Below, in pieces: positions 1-7,877 of a DNA stretch of 35,816 nt. The notes under the pieces are model-generated. The model worked only from the letters and a program-made list of their open reading frames with translations. It was not told the origin of the DNA and searched no databases. Both the position numbers and the translations under genes were made by a program. The DNA lies in the IMG/VR virus record IMGVR_UViG_3300045988_056669, positions 1 to 35,816 of that record. One strand, 5' to 3'. The DNA is from a virus. Numbering within the stretch: position 1 is the stretch's first letter; each line of letters opens with the position of its first letter.

Positions 1-119
1 ACTTTTTTTAGTACCTCAAAAAGAAAGAGGTAAAAACATGAACTACATTTTACGTAACCACAAATTTGATATTAACGACAACAAAGCTTTTGAAATCTTT
101 AGCGATTACACTTGCGAGA
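1..119. repeat. Terminal direct repeat, left copy (identical to 35698-35816). Consistent with the end overlap of a circular or circularly permuted assembly.
   Basis: Read base by base: ACTTTTTTTAGTACCTC...CTTGCGAGA occurs at both ends of the window. Confidence 0.95.
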
Positions 120-220
120 ACCTTGAATACAGTTGTAACTACTATAAAATGATTGACATTATGCAAGATAATATTGACGAAATGATAAACGATGGTTTGA
201 TTGATTACCAGGAAGCATAG
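38..220 (+). CDS. hypothetical early protein (60 aa)
   Basis: ORF track. AGAGG lies 7 nt upstream of the ATG. It is the first ORF downstream of the promoter at 35535-35563, across the circular junction. Confidence 0.7.
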   Translation: MNYILRNHKFDINDNKAFEIFSDYTCENLEYSCNYYKMIDIMQDNIDEMINDGLIDYQEA

Positions 221-317
221 AACATGAGAAATGATTATATTTTATACAATGAAACTGTTGAAATGATACAATAACTGGGTCTACTACAAAGAACTTAAAT
301 AAATAGGAGAAACAAAA

Positions 318-467
318 ATGGAATTTTATGTAAAAGTACGAGACAAAAACAAGAAATTTATTGACGGATTCATTTGCCACTTTGACAACGTGGAGACGTT
401 AGAAAAAGCCTTATCAGATTATTATAGCAATTATGAATGCGAATATGGCGAATTTACAAAAAGCTAA
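318..467 (+). CDS. hypothetical small early protein (49 aa, MEFYVKVRDKNKKF...)
   Basis: Hand-translated; below the ORF-track size cutoff. AGGAGA Shine-Dalgarno 7 nt upstream of the ATG. It fills an otherwise empty gap in the operon. Confidence 0.55.
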   Translation: MEFYVKVRDKNKKFIDGFICHFDNVETLEKALSDYYSNYECEYGEFTKS

Positions 468-518
468 ATCATAATAGCTGAAAACACTACTAAATAATGG
501 AAATAGAAGGTATAAAAA

Positions 519-716
519 ATGCCACATCAAGAAATAAATTTACCAACACCATTTATGCTTTTATTATTGGTTGCTATGATAATCTTACTTATCATAGTAG
601 CCAAAAAAGAAGCTACAATCACAATTGAGTTGCCAAATGAGCCAGAACAAGATGACACAGCTCTAAGAGAACGTTACGGGGCTTTTATACAATCACAAGG
701 GAAATATTACAATTAA
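519..716 (+). CDS. small membrane protein (65 aa, one TM segment LPTPFMLLLLVAMIILLIIVA)
   Basis: ORF track, GAAGG RBS, hydrophobic N-terminal stretch. Confidence 0.65.
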   Translation: MPHQEINLPTPFMLLLLVAMIILLIIVAKKEATITIELPNEPEQDDTALRERYGAFIQSQGKYYN

Positions 717-732
717 AGGAAAGGGGTAATAT

Positions 733-933
733 ATGAGGCCATTACAGATGATTAAAGTCATTGATTATGATTATAACAATTCAGGACAATTTCTAACATA
801 TTACAAACGACCAAAACCAGATATTATGGATTTTTGGAATGGAAAAGAATTTCATGAATGGGAAATCGAGTTATTACAATCAGAAGGGTATAAACTTATG
901 ATTATCAAAACAATAGAATTACATGCCGATTAA
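733..933 (+). CDS. hypothetical early protein (66 aa)
   Basis: ORF track; AAGGGG RBS 7 nt upstream. Confidence 0.65.
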   Translation: MRPLQMIKVIDYDYNNSGQFLTYYKRPKPDIMDFWNGKEFHEWEIELLQSEGYKLMIIKTIELHAD

Positions 934-961
934 AAAAATAAATAATTTTTTTAAAAAACTC

Positions 962-990
962 TTGACATATTATAATATATATATTATAAT
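962..990 (+). promoter_or_regulatory. Early sigma-70 promoter: TTGACA (962-967), 17-nt spacer, TATAAT (985-990), with an upstream A/T tract TTTTTTTAAAAAACTC
   Basis: Exact consensus hexamers with the optimal spacer. Positions 969-990 form a perfect 22-nt palindrome. The same core recurs at 35282-35310. Confidence 0.85.
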
Positions 991-1029
991 TAATTCATAA
1001 GATAAAGAAAGACAAAAGAGGTAACTAAA

Positions 1030-1398
1030 ATGATTAAATGGACTGGAAAATCAACAAACGAAACTTGGAAAAAAGAAATCATCGCAAACGACTACGAAGA
1101 ACTTTTGGAAGAATTAATCGATTGTGGCATCATCGACGGCTACTGGGACATAGATAGCCAAGTGTTCGCAGGGCTTTGCGATTGTTCAGAAAAGCTTGAA
1201 AAACTTCGTGACGAAACTCAAGAAGCTATCGAAGAAGATAATGGTGAAAAATTGGAAGCTCTCCAAGAAAAGTTTAATAACATCGATTGGCACGAAGACG
1301 TGTTTAGTAAATTATCAGAAGATGATTTTAAATATGTAATACGCGGATGCAATAGCCAAGCTTACTACCAAGAATTTGAAGAATTTGAAGAAAATTAA
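1030..1398 (+). CDS. highly acidic early protein (122 aa; 34 D/E against 12 K/R by my count)
   Basis: ORF track; AAGAGG RBS. It is the first gene after the consensus promoter at 962-990. Confidence 0.75.
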   Translation: MIKWTGKSTNETWKKEIIANDYEELLEELIDCGIIDGYWDIDSQVFAGLCDCSEKLEKLRDETQEAIEEDNGEKLEALQEKFNNIDWHEDVFSKLSEDDFKYVIRGCNSQAYYQEFEEFEEN

Positions 1399-1431
1399 TC
1401 AAGCAGCAGATAAGATAAAAAAACAAAAGAG

Positions 1432-1728
1432 ATGTTCAAAATGAAAAACGAAACAGGAAAAGTCATCGTTAGCAAAAGTCAATATGCAAATCTTATCATG
1501 CATTTTAACACTGTAGAGGATTTCAAAAATAAATTTAATAAACTTACTTATTACGACGCATTTTCTACAGAGGCATCCGAATATAAACGATTGAAAGTCG
1601 CAGAACACGAATACAAATTTCGTGTTTCTGTTCAAAAAGGATTGTATGGCACAGAAGCTAAAATCACAAAAGATTTTCAATCAATTCTTGATTACATTCA
1701 AAAACAATTGAAAGTAACTGCGAAATAA
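1432..1728 (+). CDS. hypothetical early protein (98 aa; the start could instead be the ATG at 1441)
   Basis: ORF track; AAGAG upstream of both candidate ATGs. Confidence 0.7.
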   Translation: MFKMKNETGKVIVSKSQYANLIMHFNTVEDFKNKFNKLTYYDAFSTEASEYKRLKVAEHEYKFRVSVQKGLYGTEAKITKDFQSILDYIQKQLKVTAK

Positions 1729-1829
1729 CGAAGACAATTAATTAAATACTTTCAACAAGTTTGATTGGTTAAAAATAAAAAATATTTTTAAAAAAATAAA
1801 AAATTTTTTAAAAAAACTATAAAAAACTA

Positions 1830-1858
1830 TTGACATCGATTTTATTTTGAGTTATAAT
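1830..1858 (+). promoter_or_regulatory. Early sigma-70 promoter: TTGACA (1830-1835), 17-nt spacer, TATAAT (1853-1858), preceded by long A/T tracts
   Basis: Exact consensus hexamers and spacer. The TTTTTTAAAAAAACT-type upstream element is shared with the other early promoters. Confidence 0.85.
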
Positions 1859-1890
1859 AAAGTTACAAAGTTAAGAAAGAAGGTCAACAA

Positions 1891-2094
1891 ATGGAAATTC
1901 TAAGACCAAACACATCAATTCGTGTAATTCGAGCACGAGAGGGGCTGACTCAAAAAGAATTTGGCGAATCTCTAGGCGTAAGCACTCAAACTGTTGCTTT
2001 GTGGGAAAAGAACATATACACAATCTCAACTAGCAATTTGATTAAATTGTGCTCAACTTATCACGTTTCAACTTTTGATTTGCTAGGAATTTAA
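1891..2094 (+). CDS. XRE-family helix-turn-helix regulator, Cro-like (67 aa)
   Basis: LTQKEFGESLGVSTQTVALWEKN is a classic HTH_XRE motif. Small size. Directly downstream of a consensus promoter. Confidence 0.85.
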   Translation: MEILRPNTSIRVIRAREGLTQKEFGESLGVSTQTVALWEKNIYTISTSNLIKLCSTYHVSTFDLLGI

Positions 2095-2153
2095 TTCATT
2101 AGCACATCAACTTTAATTAAAATTTATAGCACTTCCAGCTGAACTGGTAACAC

Positions 2154-2302
2154 GTCATCGATTAGTGGCTATGGCTCTAACAAGGAGATAACCTCCTTTA
2201 AAATAAATAAAAACGCAGTTATTAACCAACTCTAAACAATAATTTTTCACAAAGCTACAATGATTGACAACCTTGTTAGGGCTTTAACTGCTAATCGATG
2301 GC
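2154..2302 (+). other. Long imperfect hairpin: 2154-2185 pairs with 2271-2302, enclosing 85 nt. Candidate structured RNA or processing site.
   Basis: Of 32 aligned positions, 25 are Watson-Crick, 5 are G.U and 2 are mismatches when read as + strand RNA. No ORF is present. Confidence 0.5.
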
Positions 2303-2401
2303 ACAAAAAAAGCCCATTGAAGAAACAATGCGCTTACCAAAAAACATAATTACATTATAACATGAAAGATAGCTTTCTGTCAGGATAGAAAGAAGGAAAA
2401 A

Positions 2402-2578
2402 ATGGATTCATTTATTATTTATTTTAGTTTAATAGCAATCATGTATATGCTTACATTGCCATTTGTAGGCAAACGAGCAAAAAAAGAAAAAACAAAACAA
2501 AAGCCAACTCATCGCAGTTGGGAAGAAAATGCAATCGAATATAATCGCATGCATGGCTTGCCAGATGATGCAATCTAA
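2402..2578 (+). CDS. small membrane protein (58 aa, MDSFIIYFSLIAIMYMLTLPFVGKRAKKEK...)
   Basis: Hand-translated. GAAGGA RBS. Hydrophobic N-terminus followed by a basic stretch. Confidence 0.5.
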   Translation: MDSFIIYFSLIAIMYMLTLPFVGKRAKKEKTKQKPTHRSWEENAIEYNRMHGLPDDAI

Positions 2579-2592
2579 GAGAGGTTAAAAAT

Positions 2593-2727
2593 ATGTACGT
2601 ATACGAATACAGCTGCTTAGATTGTGGCGAGCGTTGGGAAATCATTGATAGCTATCCACCGCTTGAATGCCCAGAATGCGAAAGCGAAGATATTTGTCAA
2701 ACATGGAAAGCGAAAGCGTATGATTAA
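2593..2727 (+). CDS. small zinc-ribbon protein (44 aa, CLDC...CPEC)
   Basis: Hand-translated. GAGAGG RBS. Two CxxC pairs about 17 residues apart. Confidence 0.55.
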   Translation: MYVYEYSCLDCGERWEIIDSYPPLECPECESEDICQTWKAKAYD

Positions 2728-2763
2728 CGCAATCATTTTGATGAAAAATAGGGGATAAGATTA

Positions 2764-3540
2764 ATGCATATTAACGAGGTTAAAAATAATGCTTTCTACC
2801 AATTTCCGCAATGGCTTTTGAAAGAAGAGCCATATAAGAATTTGGGTGATAAAGCGAAGCTTGCTTACATGCTGCTTTTTGACCGAAGAACACTCTCGAT
2901 TAAAAATAAATGGTATGACGATAACGGTCAGATCTACATGTATTTTACAATTGACCAATTCATGCAAGAGCTTAATTGCTCAAATAAAGCTGTTCTAAAA
3001 GCCAAGAAAGAGCTAGTCGAGGTTAGATTGCTGGAAGAAGTAAGACAAGGAAGAAACAAGCCAAACAGGTTGTATATTAACGGACGTGAACAAAGTACAC
3101 TTCTGGAAGTGAACAAAGTACACACTGGAAGTGAACAAAGTACACTTCTGGAAGTGAACAAAGTACACGCAATCAATACTAATAATATCAATACTAATAT
3201 ATCAAGACTAAGTAATCAACAACAAGGGGAGGTTGATGAAATTCGCAAATCTTACGATATGTTTTTTGAAGCTTTTCCGAAGCAACGAAAGAACTCATTT
3301 ACTCAACAGGACATCCTTGCGGATATTGATGAATTTGGAACAGAGCTTTACCAGTACGCTTTAAAACTAGCTATGGCTAACGAAGCTAACTATCCATCAT
3401 ATATTGACAGAATATTTACTTCATGGCGAAATGAAGGTGTAACCACTTTGGAACAAGCAAAAGAAAAACAAAGTAAGTATAGTAAGAGTAAACAGGATAA
3501 AGATTTTATTGGTTTTGGTGTTCAGGGGTCTGGGTATTAG
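2764..3540 (+). CDS. replication initiator: RepA_N-like N-terminal winged helix plus DnaD-like C-terminal domain (258 aa)
   Basis: The N-terminus FYQFPQWLL...AKLAYMLLFDR...YMYFTIDQF resembles Firmicute RepA_N initiators. The C-terminus ...YALKLAMANEANYPSYIDRIFTSWRNEGVTTLEQ is DnaD/DnaB_2-like. The gene carries internal iterons and is followed by a helicase-loader gene. Confidence 0.85.
   Translation: MHINEVKNNAFYQFPQWLLKEEPYKNLGDKAKLAYMLLFDRRTLSIKNKWYDDNGQIYMYFTIDQFMQELNCSNKAVLKAKKELVEVRLLEEVRQGRNKPNRLYINGREQSTLLEVNKVHTGSEQSTLLEVNKVHAINTNNINTNISRLSNQQQGEVDEIRKSYDMFFEAFPKQRKNSFTQQDILADIDEFGTELYQYALKLAMANEANYPSYIDRIFTSWRNEGVTTLEQAKEKQSKYSKSKQDKDFIGFGVQGSGY
3088..3168 (+). repeat. Four tandem iterons GAACAAAGTACAC(N9-10), 22-23 bp period, inside the initiator gene. 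Putative origin of replication.
   Basis: Units start at 3088, 3111, 3133 and 3156. They encode the duplicated peptide EQSTLLEVNKVH. Confidence 0.8.
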
Positions 3541-3543
3541 TTT

Positions 3544-4344
3544 ATGAATGAATTTACAAACACACGAAATACTTTGATGCCATTTCCAGAAGCAAAGATG
3601 GAGCAATCGAAAGAATGGTGCGATAAGCATCAATGCCAAAAGGTTAAAATTGCAAAGACCGGAGCCGTGATTTGTCCACAATGCAACAAAGAAGAGCGTC
3701 TTGAATTTGAAGAACAAAAGGCTCAAGAAAGTTTTAAAAGAAACGAAGAAATGAAACGCATTTACTATCTTGAAGAATTCAGTCTAATGGACAGCGAGCT
3801 CAAAAATGCAACGTTTGACAATTTTAAAGTTGACACAGCAGAAAGACAAGCCGATTTAAATTTCATTAAGAAAGAAGCGCGTGAGTATATTAAAGGTGTT
3901 CAAAACAATATCGTTTTGATTGGCGATTGTGGTGTTGGCAAAAGCCATTTAGCTTATAGCACTATTAAAGCTATTAGTGATTACAACAAGAAACTAGCTA
4001 CAGTTATCAACGTGGTTGATTTGATAGCAAAAGTAAAAGAAGACTTCACGCTCGAATCATATTACACTAACTTGCTTTCTGGAAAAGATAAGAACGATAA
4101 AATCGAGTATTTGGTTCTGGATGATTTAGGCACAGAGAAAACGTCAGAATGGTCATCAAACTTAATTTACAGCATTTTAAACAAGCGAACGAACACGATT
4201 ATCACAACTAATTTGACACCACCAGAAATTCAAAGACGATATGGAAAACGTATCTTCTCGCGAATTTTTAAAGGCGTAGGTCAAGAACACGTTTATCAAT
4301 TTAAAAACAAAACAGATGAGAGGATGAATCTTTGGAATGAATGA
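3544..4344 (+). CDS. DnaC/IstB-like AAA+ helicase loader with an N-terminal Cys-rich (zinc) region (266 aa)
   Basis: Walker A GDCGVGKSH. Walker B LVLDDLG. CDKHQC...CPQC lies near the N-terminus. Located immediately after the initiator gene. Confidence 0.85.
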   Translation: MNEFTNTRNTLMPFPEAKMEQSKEWCDKHQCQKVKIAKTGAVICPQCNKEERLEFEEQKAQESFKRNEEMKRIYYLEEFSLMDSELKNATFDNFKVDTAERQADLNFIKKEAREYIKGVQNNIVLIGDCGVGKSHLAYSTIKAISDYNKKLATVINVVDLIAKVKEDFTLESYYTNLLSGKDKNDKIEYLVLDDLGTEKTSEWSSNLIYSILNKRTNTIITTNLTPPEIQRRYGKRIFSRIFKGVGQEHVYQFKNKTDERMNLWNE

Positions 4345-4663
4345 GCAAGAAATCAATATCTTGAATTACATCAAGAATCACGGCAATTTTGAGCGACCAG
4401 TGCCGCTGAAATTGTTGAAAGCTGAATTTGACATCAGCGAGCGAGGCGTCAAAGAAGTCGTAGAACGATTGAGATGTGAGTTTGAACAGCCGATTATCGC
4501 AAGCCGTAGAACAAAACGCGGCGGTTATTATCTGCCAAAAAACGATATGGAACGTAACGCAGGATTGACGCCATACAAAGAACAGATTTTAACATCGCAG
4601 AAAACAGTGACGGCTATCACATCAGTCGACCTCACTGAATATTGGAAAGGTTGGCAAGTATGA
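4337..4663 (+). CDS. hypothetical protein, possible winged-helix DNA-binding protein (108 aa)
   Basis: ORF track. It overlaps the preceding stop codon, suggesting translational coupling. Confidence 0.7.
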   Translation: MNEQEINILNYIKNHGNFERPVPLKLLKAEFDISERGVKEVVERLRCEFEQPIIASRRTKRGGYYLPKNDMERNAGLTPYKEQILTSQKTVTAITSVDLTEYWKGWQV

Positions 4664-4812
4664 ACGAACTACTAATCAAACAATTCGAGCAGAATTATTA
4701 CAACTACTCAAAGGAAATTAGAGACATGTTATTAGAGCTTAGCGAAGAAGAATTAATTAACAAGCTAGCACGAGACAGCAAGATGTCTCAAATGAAAATG
4801 ATTGTATTTTGA
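4660..4812 (+). CDS. hypothetical small protein (50 aa)
   Basis: Hand-translated. ATGA start/stop overlap with the upstream gene. Confidence 0.5.
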   Translation: MNELLIKQFEQNYYNYSKEIRDMLLELSEEELINKLARDSKMSQMKMIVF

Positions 4813-4820
4813 GGTGAAAC

Positions 4821-4949
4821 ATGAATGTACAAGAACTTTTAGCAGACCGTTATTTTTGGCGAGACGAAGCCAAACGGTGTTATAAACAACTTGAAGAGTA
4901 CGAAGAGCTCTTAGATGAGATTAGAGAATTTTTGGAGAGAAAAGTATGA
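4821..4949 (+). CDS. hypothetical small protein (42 aa)
   Basis: Hand-translated. GAGGTG RBS. ATGA overlap with the next gene at 4946. Confidence 0.5.
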   Translation: MNVQELLADRYFWRDEAKRCYKQLEEYEELLDEIREFLERKV

Positions 4950-5197
4950 TTGAAATTAGACTTGATGATGAGTTGCTTCTCTATCAAGACGATTTAAGAG
5001 AAGCATTGCTTGAAACGATTGACGAGCTCGTTAACGATGAAAGCATGACATTAGCTAAAACATATAAAACATATAGACACCATTCTGACGAAGACCTTAT
5101 CGAAGAAATACAAGGGTTAACAAATAAGCGTTTAACCATTATCTTTAACTTTCCACTTGATTATCGAGTAGATGTTAAACAGCATATTTTAGATTGA
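4946..5197 (+). CDS. hypothetical protein (83 aa, acidic)
   Basis: ORF track; coupled start. Confidence 0.65.
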   Translation: MIEIRLDDELLLYQDDLREALLETIDELVNDESMTLAKTYKTYRHHSDEDLIEEIQGLTNKRLTIIFNFPLDYRVDVKQHILD

Positions 5198-5245
5198 TGT
5201 CAACGTGAAATCTGGAATTTGAAGAAAACGAAAGGAAAACGCTAG

Positions 5246-5596
5246 ATGCGATTATTTATTGACAAAGACATGAATTTGGTTGCTAAGTTTGGGGAATACA
5301 CAAGCGCTGAATATTTTCATCAAAAGCTTGGCTACATTCAACTACCAAAATATAAAGAAGATGAACTAATCGAAGTTAAATGGCAAAGTTTTAATACAAA
5401 ATTGGTCAATAAGATTGAAATCCTAATCAAAGAAGCCCTTGCAAATGAGCAAAGCCAATTTGAAACAGATGACGTAAAAGCGTTAATTGATGAGAAACAG
5501 CGACAAATTCAAGAAGAACGTAAGCAACGACGCCAAAGCTATGACGTCGAAGAAAAATTGTGCGACATTATGCTGGAAAGGGTAACAAATGAGTAA
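5246..5596 (+). CDS. hypothetical protein (116 aa)
   Basis: ORF track; GAAAGGAAA upstream. Confidence 0.65.
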   Translation: MRLFIDKDMNLVAKFGEYTSAEYFHQKLGYIQLPKYKEDELIEVKWQSFNTKLVNKIEILIKEALANEQSQFETDDVKALIDEKQRQIQEERKQRRQSYDVEEKLCDIMLERVTNE

Positions 5597-6215
5597 ACTT
5601 GTAGAAATTCAAGCTGAGCTTAAGGCACCTAAAAATCAACGAAATACTTTTGGAAAATATAACTACAGATCTGCAGAAGATATTCTAGAAGCCGTCAAGC
5701 CACTATTGAAGAAACACGACGCAAAGATTATTTTATCAGACAAACCTATATTAGTTGGTGACTGGCACTATATTGAAGCGACAGCAAAATTTGTTTGTGG
5801 TGACGAGATTGAAGTCGTCACAGCTTACGCAAGAGAGCCACTAAACAAAAAAGGAATGGACGAGAGTCAAATTACAGGAGCATCATCAAGCTATGCCAGA
5901 AAATATGCATTGAACGGTTTGCTATTGATTGACGACACAAAAGATGCTGATACTGATGAATATAAGAATCAGACAAGCCAGAATTTAAATAATGGAAACA
6001 ATAATCAATTTAAGCAATATATTTCAATCGAAAAAGCTAGACAGTACGAGAATGACATTAAAGCGATTATCGAAGCAACAGGGAAGAATGATGGCTCAAT
6101 AATGATTGCATTGTTAAAACACGTCGGAGCGACAATGATTAAAAACATCACAACAGATAAAGCGAACGAAGCAGAAGCATTTATTGCAAAAATGAAAGCA
6201 AAGGCAGGTATCTGA
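5589..6215 (+). CDS. ERF-family single-strand annealing recombinase (208 aa)
   Basis: [26 protein letters not shown]...[20 protein letters not shown] matches the conserved ERF core as I remember it. Located directly upstream of ssb. Confidence 0.85.
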   Translation: MSKLVEIQAELKAPKNQRNTFGKYNYRSAEDILEAVKPLLKKHDAKIILSDKPILVGDWHYIEATAKFVCGDEIEVVTAYAREPLNKKGMDESQITGASSSYARKYALNGLLLIDDTKDADTDEYKNQTSQNLNNGNNNQFKQYISIEKARQYENDIKAIIEATGKNDGSIMIALLKHVGATMIKNITTDKANEAEAFIAKMKAKAGI

Positions 6216-6216
6216 T

Positions 6217-6660
6217 ATGAACAACGTAAATCTAATTGGTCGCTTAACTAAAGCGCCAGAATTAAAACAAACAGCGAGCAACACAAGTGTATTGACAGGA
6301 ACACTTGCGGTAAATCGCACATTCAAGAACCAAAACGGTGAACGTGAAGCAGATTTTATCAATATCGTGGCATGGCGACAAACTGCAGATATTATCGCAC
6401 AATATTGTGGCAAAGGTTCGCAAATTGGAATCACTGGTCGTATTCAGACACGTAACTATGAAAACCAGCAAGGACAGCGTGTGTATGTAACTGAAGTCGT
6501 AGCTGAACATGTCGATTTGTTAGATAGCAAGAACGACAATCAGCAAGGACAGTCAAACAGTTACAACCAACAACCACAACAAAACGGCTATATGCAGCAG
6601 AAAAGCTCATTTGGTAACTCAAAACAAATGGACATCTCTGATGATATGCTACCGTTCTAG
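6217..6660 (+). CDS. ssb: single-stranded DNA-binding protein
   Basis: [17 protein letters not shown]...[14 protein letters not shown]...[24 protein letters not shown]-fold signature. Q/N-rich linker. Acidic tail DISDDMLPF. Confidence 0.92.
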   Translation: MNNVNLIGRLTKAPELKQTASNTSVLTGTLAVNRTFKNQNGEREADFINIVAWRQTADIIAQYCGKGSQIGITGRIQTRNYENQQGQRVYVTEVVAEHVDLLDSKNDNQQGQSNSYNQQPQQNGYMQQKSSFGNSKQMDISDDMLPF

Positions 6661-6815
6661 GTTGATAACGATATAACGCTCGTATAGCCCTCTAAAATGC
6701 TCTGTAAGCAACGAAAACAGGTTGGTAGGGTAAATATGTGTTATTACAAATAAACGCTAACAGAGGGCTTAAAATGCGTTATAAAGAGCTTGAAAAACAA
6801 GGAGGTTGGTTGAGA

Positions 6816-7181
6816 TTGAACAGATTGAAAGAATTAAGAAAAGAAAAAGGTTTAACACAAAAAAATCTTTCAAAAGAAATTGGTATCCCATTGCGAACTA
6901 TCCAAAATTGGGAAAATGGTGAAAGCCAAATTAGACCAGATAAAGCAGAAAAACTGGCAGACTTCTTCGGTGTGAGTGTCGGGTATCTACTCGGATATAG
7001 TAATAATCGAGAAGCTAAGTCGGTTGAAAAATTGGAAAGTGTATATATTGAATTTCTTGGAAATATAACATCCATAAGTGATATTGATTTAGAAGATTTA
7101 AAAGCATTTAGCAATAACATGTACGTAATGGCTATTGCTGAAAAGACAAGACGGCTTTACGAGGGTAAAAATGAGATTTGA
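6816..7181 (+). CDS. XRE-family HTH protein with a C-terminal extension. Probable TTG start (the ORF is open from 6738).
   Basis: AAGGAGG at 6799-6805 lies 10 nt before the TTG at 6816. This gives the typical XRE N-terminus (M)NRLKELRKEKGLTQKNLSKEIGIPLRTIQNWENG. Confidence 0.8.
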   Translation: MNRLKELRKEKGLTQKNLSKEIGIPLRTIQNWENGESQIRPDKAEKLADFFGVSVGYLLGYSNNREAKSVEKLESVYIEFLGNITSISDIDLEDLKAFSNNMYVMAIAEKTRRLYEGKNEI

Positions 7182-7620
7182 AATACCTATTGAACCAAAG
7201 CCGCAGTCAAGGCCACGAGCCACAATCAGAGGACGACACGCTGCAGTGTATGAAGAGCCTAAAATGATGAAGTGGCGAAAGCAGGTCACAGACTACATCA
7301 AAGAGAATTACGACGGACGCTATTTTGATGGTGCTATTCGTGTAGAAGTAACATTTTACATGAAAGCACCGCAGAGCGTGTCTAAAAAGCCGTCAGAGCG
7401 TGCGAAAGATAAAGCTAAGCAATTATATTTAAAATACATTTCAGAGCGTCTGTGGCACATTAAAAAGGCCGACGTTGACAACCTAATCAAATCACTGTTT
7501 GATAGTATTTCAAAATCTGAAATCGTTTGGTCTGACGATAATATCGTCTGTGATTTGAGAGCTAGAAAATTATATAGTCCAAATCCACGAATTGAAATCG
7601 AAATTGAGGAAATTGAATGA
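7171..7620 (+). CDS. rusA: RusA-family Holliday junction resolvase
   Basis: IPIEPKPQSRPR...VEVTFYMKAP...DVDNLIKSLFDS...WSDDNIV are RusA hallmarks. GAGGG RBS before the ATG at 7171 (the ORF is open from 7135). Confidence 0.85.
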   Translation: MRFEIPIEPKPQSRPRATIRGRHAAVYEEPKMMKWRKQVTDYIKENYDGRYFDGAIRVEVTFYMKAPQSVSKKPSERAKDKAKQLYLKYISERLWHIKKADVDNLIKSLFDSISKSEIVWSDDNIVCDLRARKLYSPNPRIEIEIEEIE

Positions 7621-7877
7621 GTAGAATAGGAAATCGCAATAGAGTTAAATTTGCAGTAACGAAACATATTGAGGCTGAAAGTGATTTAGATATTTTAAAT
7701 GCGTTTATAAAGTGGACAAAAGCAAATCGTTTGAAGAGCTATATCAAGATAGCTGATATGCTAAATATACTTCCATCTGACGCAAATAAACTAATGCACA
7801 GAGCTATTTTGCCAGATAAAATTAATAGTGCAGTCGCTAAGAGAATGAAAGAGGTAATGAATGTCGAACGTTTCTAA
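7617..7877 (+). CDS. hypothetical protein (86 aa)
   Basis: ORF track; ATGA overlap with rusA. Confidence 0.6.
   Translation: MSRIGNRNRVKFAVTKHIEAESDLDILNAFIKWTKANRLKSYIKIADMLNILPSDANKLMHRAILPDKINSAVAKRMKEVMNVERF

Noticed and set aside
2182-2198. AAGGAG-N5-CTCCTT hairpin (and its twin at 9259-9274) as intrinsic terminators or as RBSs of unannotated genes
   Set aside because: No T-run follows either hairpin, and no start codon lies at a suitable distance. They are recorded only as a repeated structural motif within the two non-coding islands.
3088-3168. Whether the tandem repeats could be a CRISPR-like array or a mobile-element scar
   Set aside because: The units are contiguous with no spacers, remain in frame within the initiator gene, and have the length and spacing typical of replication iterons.
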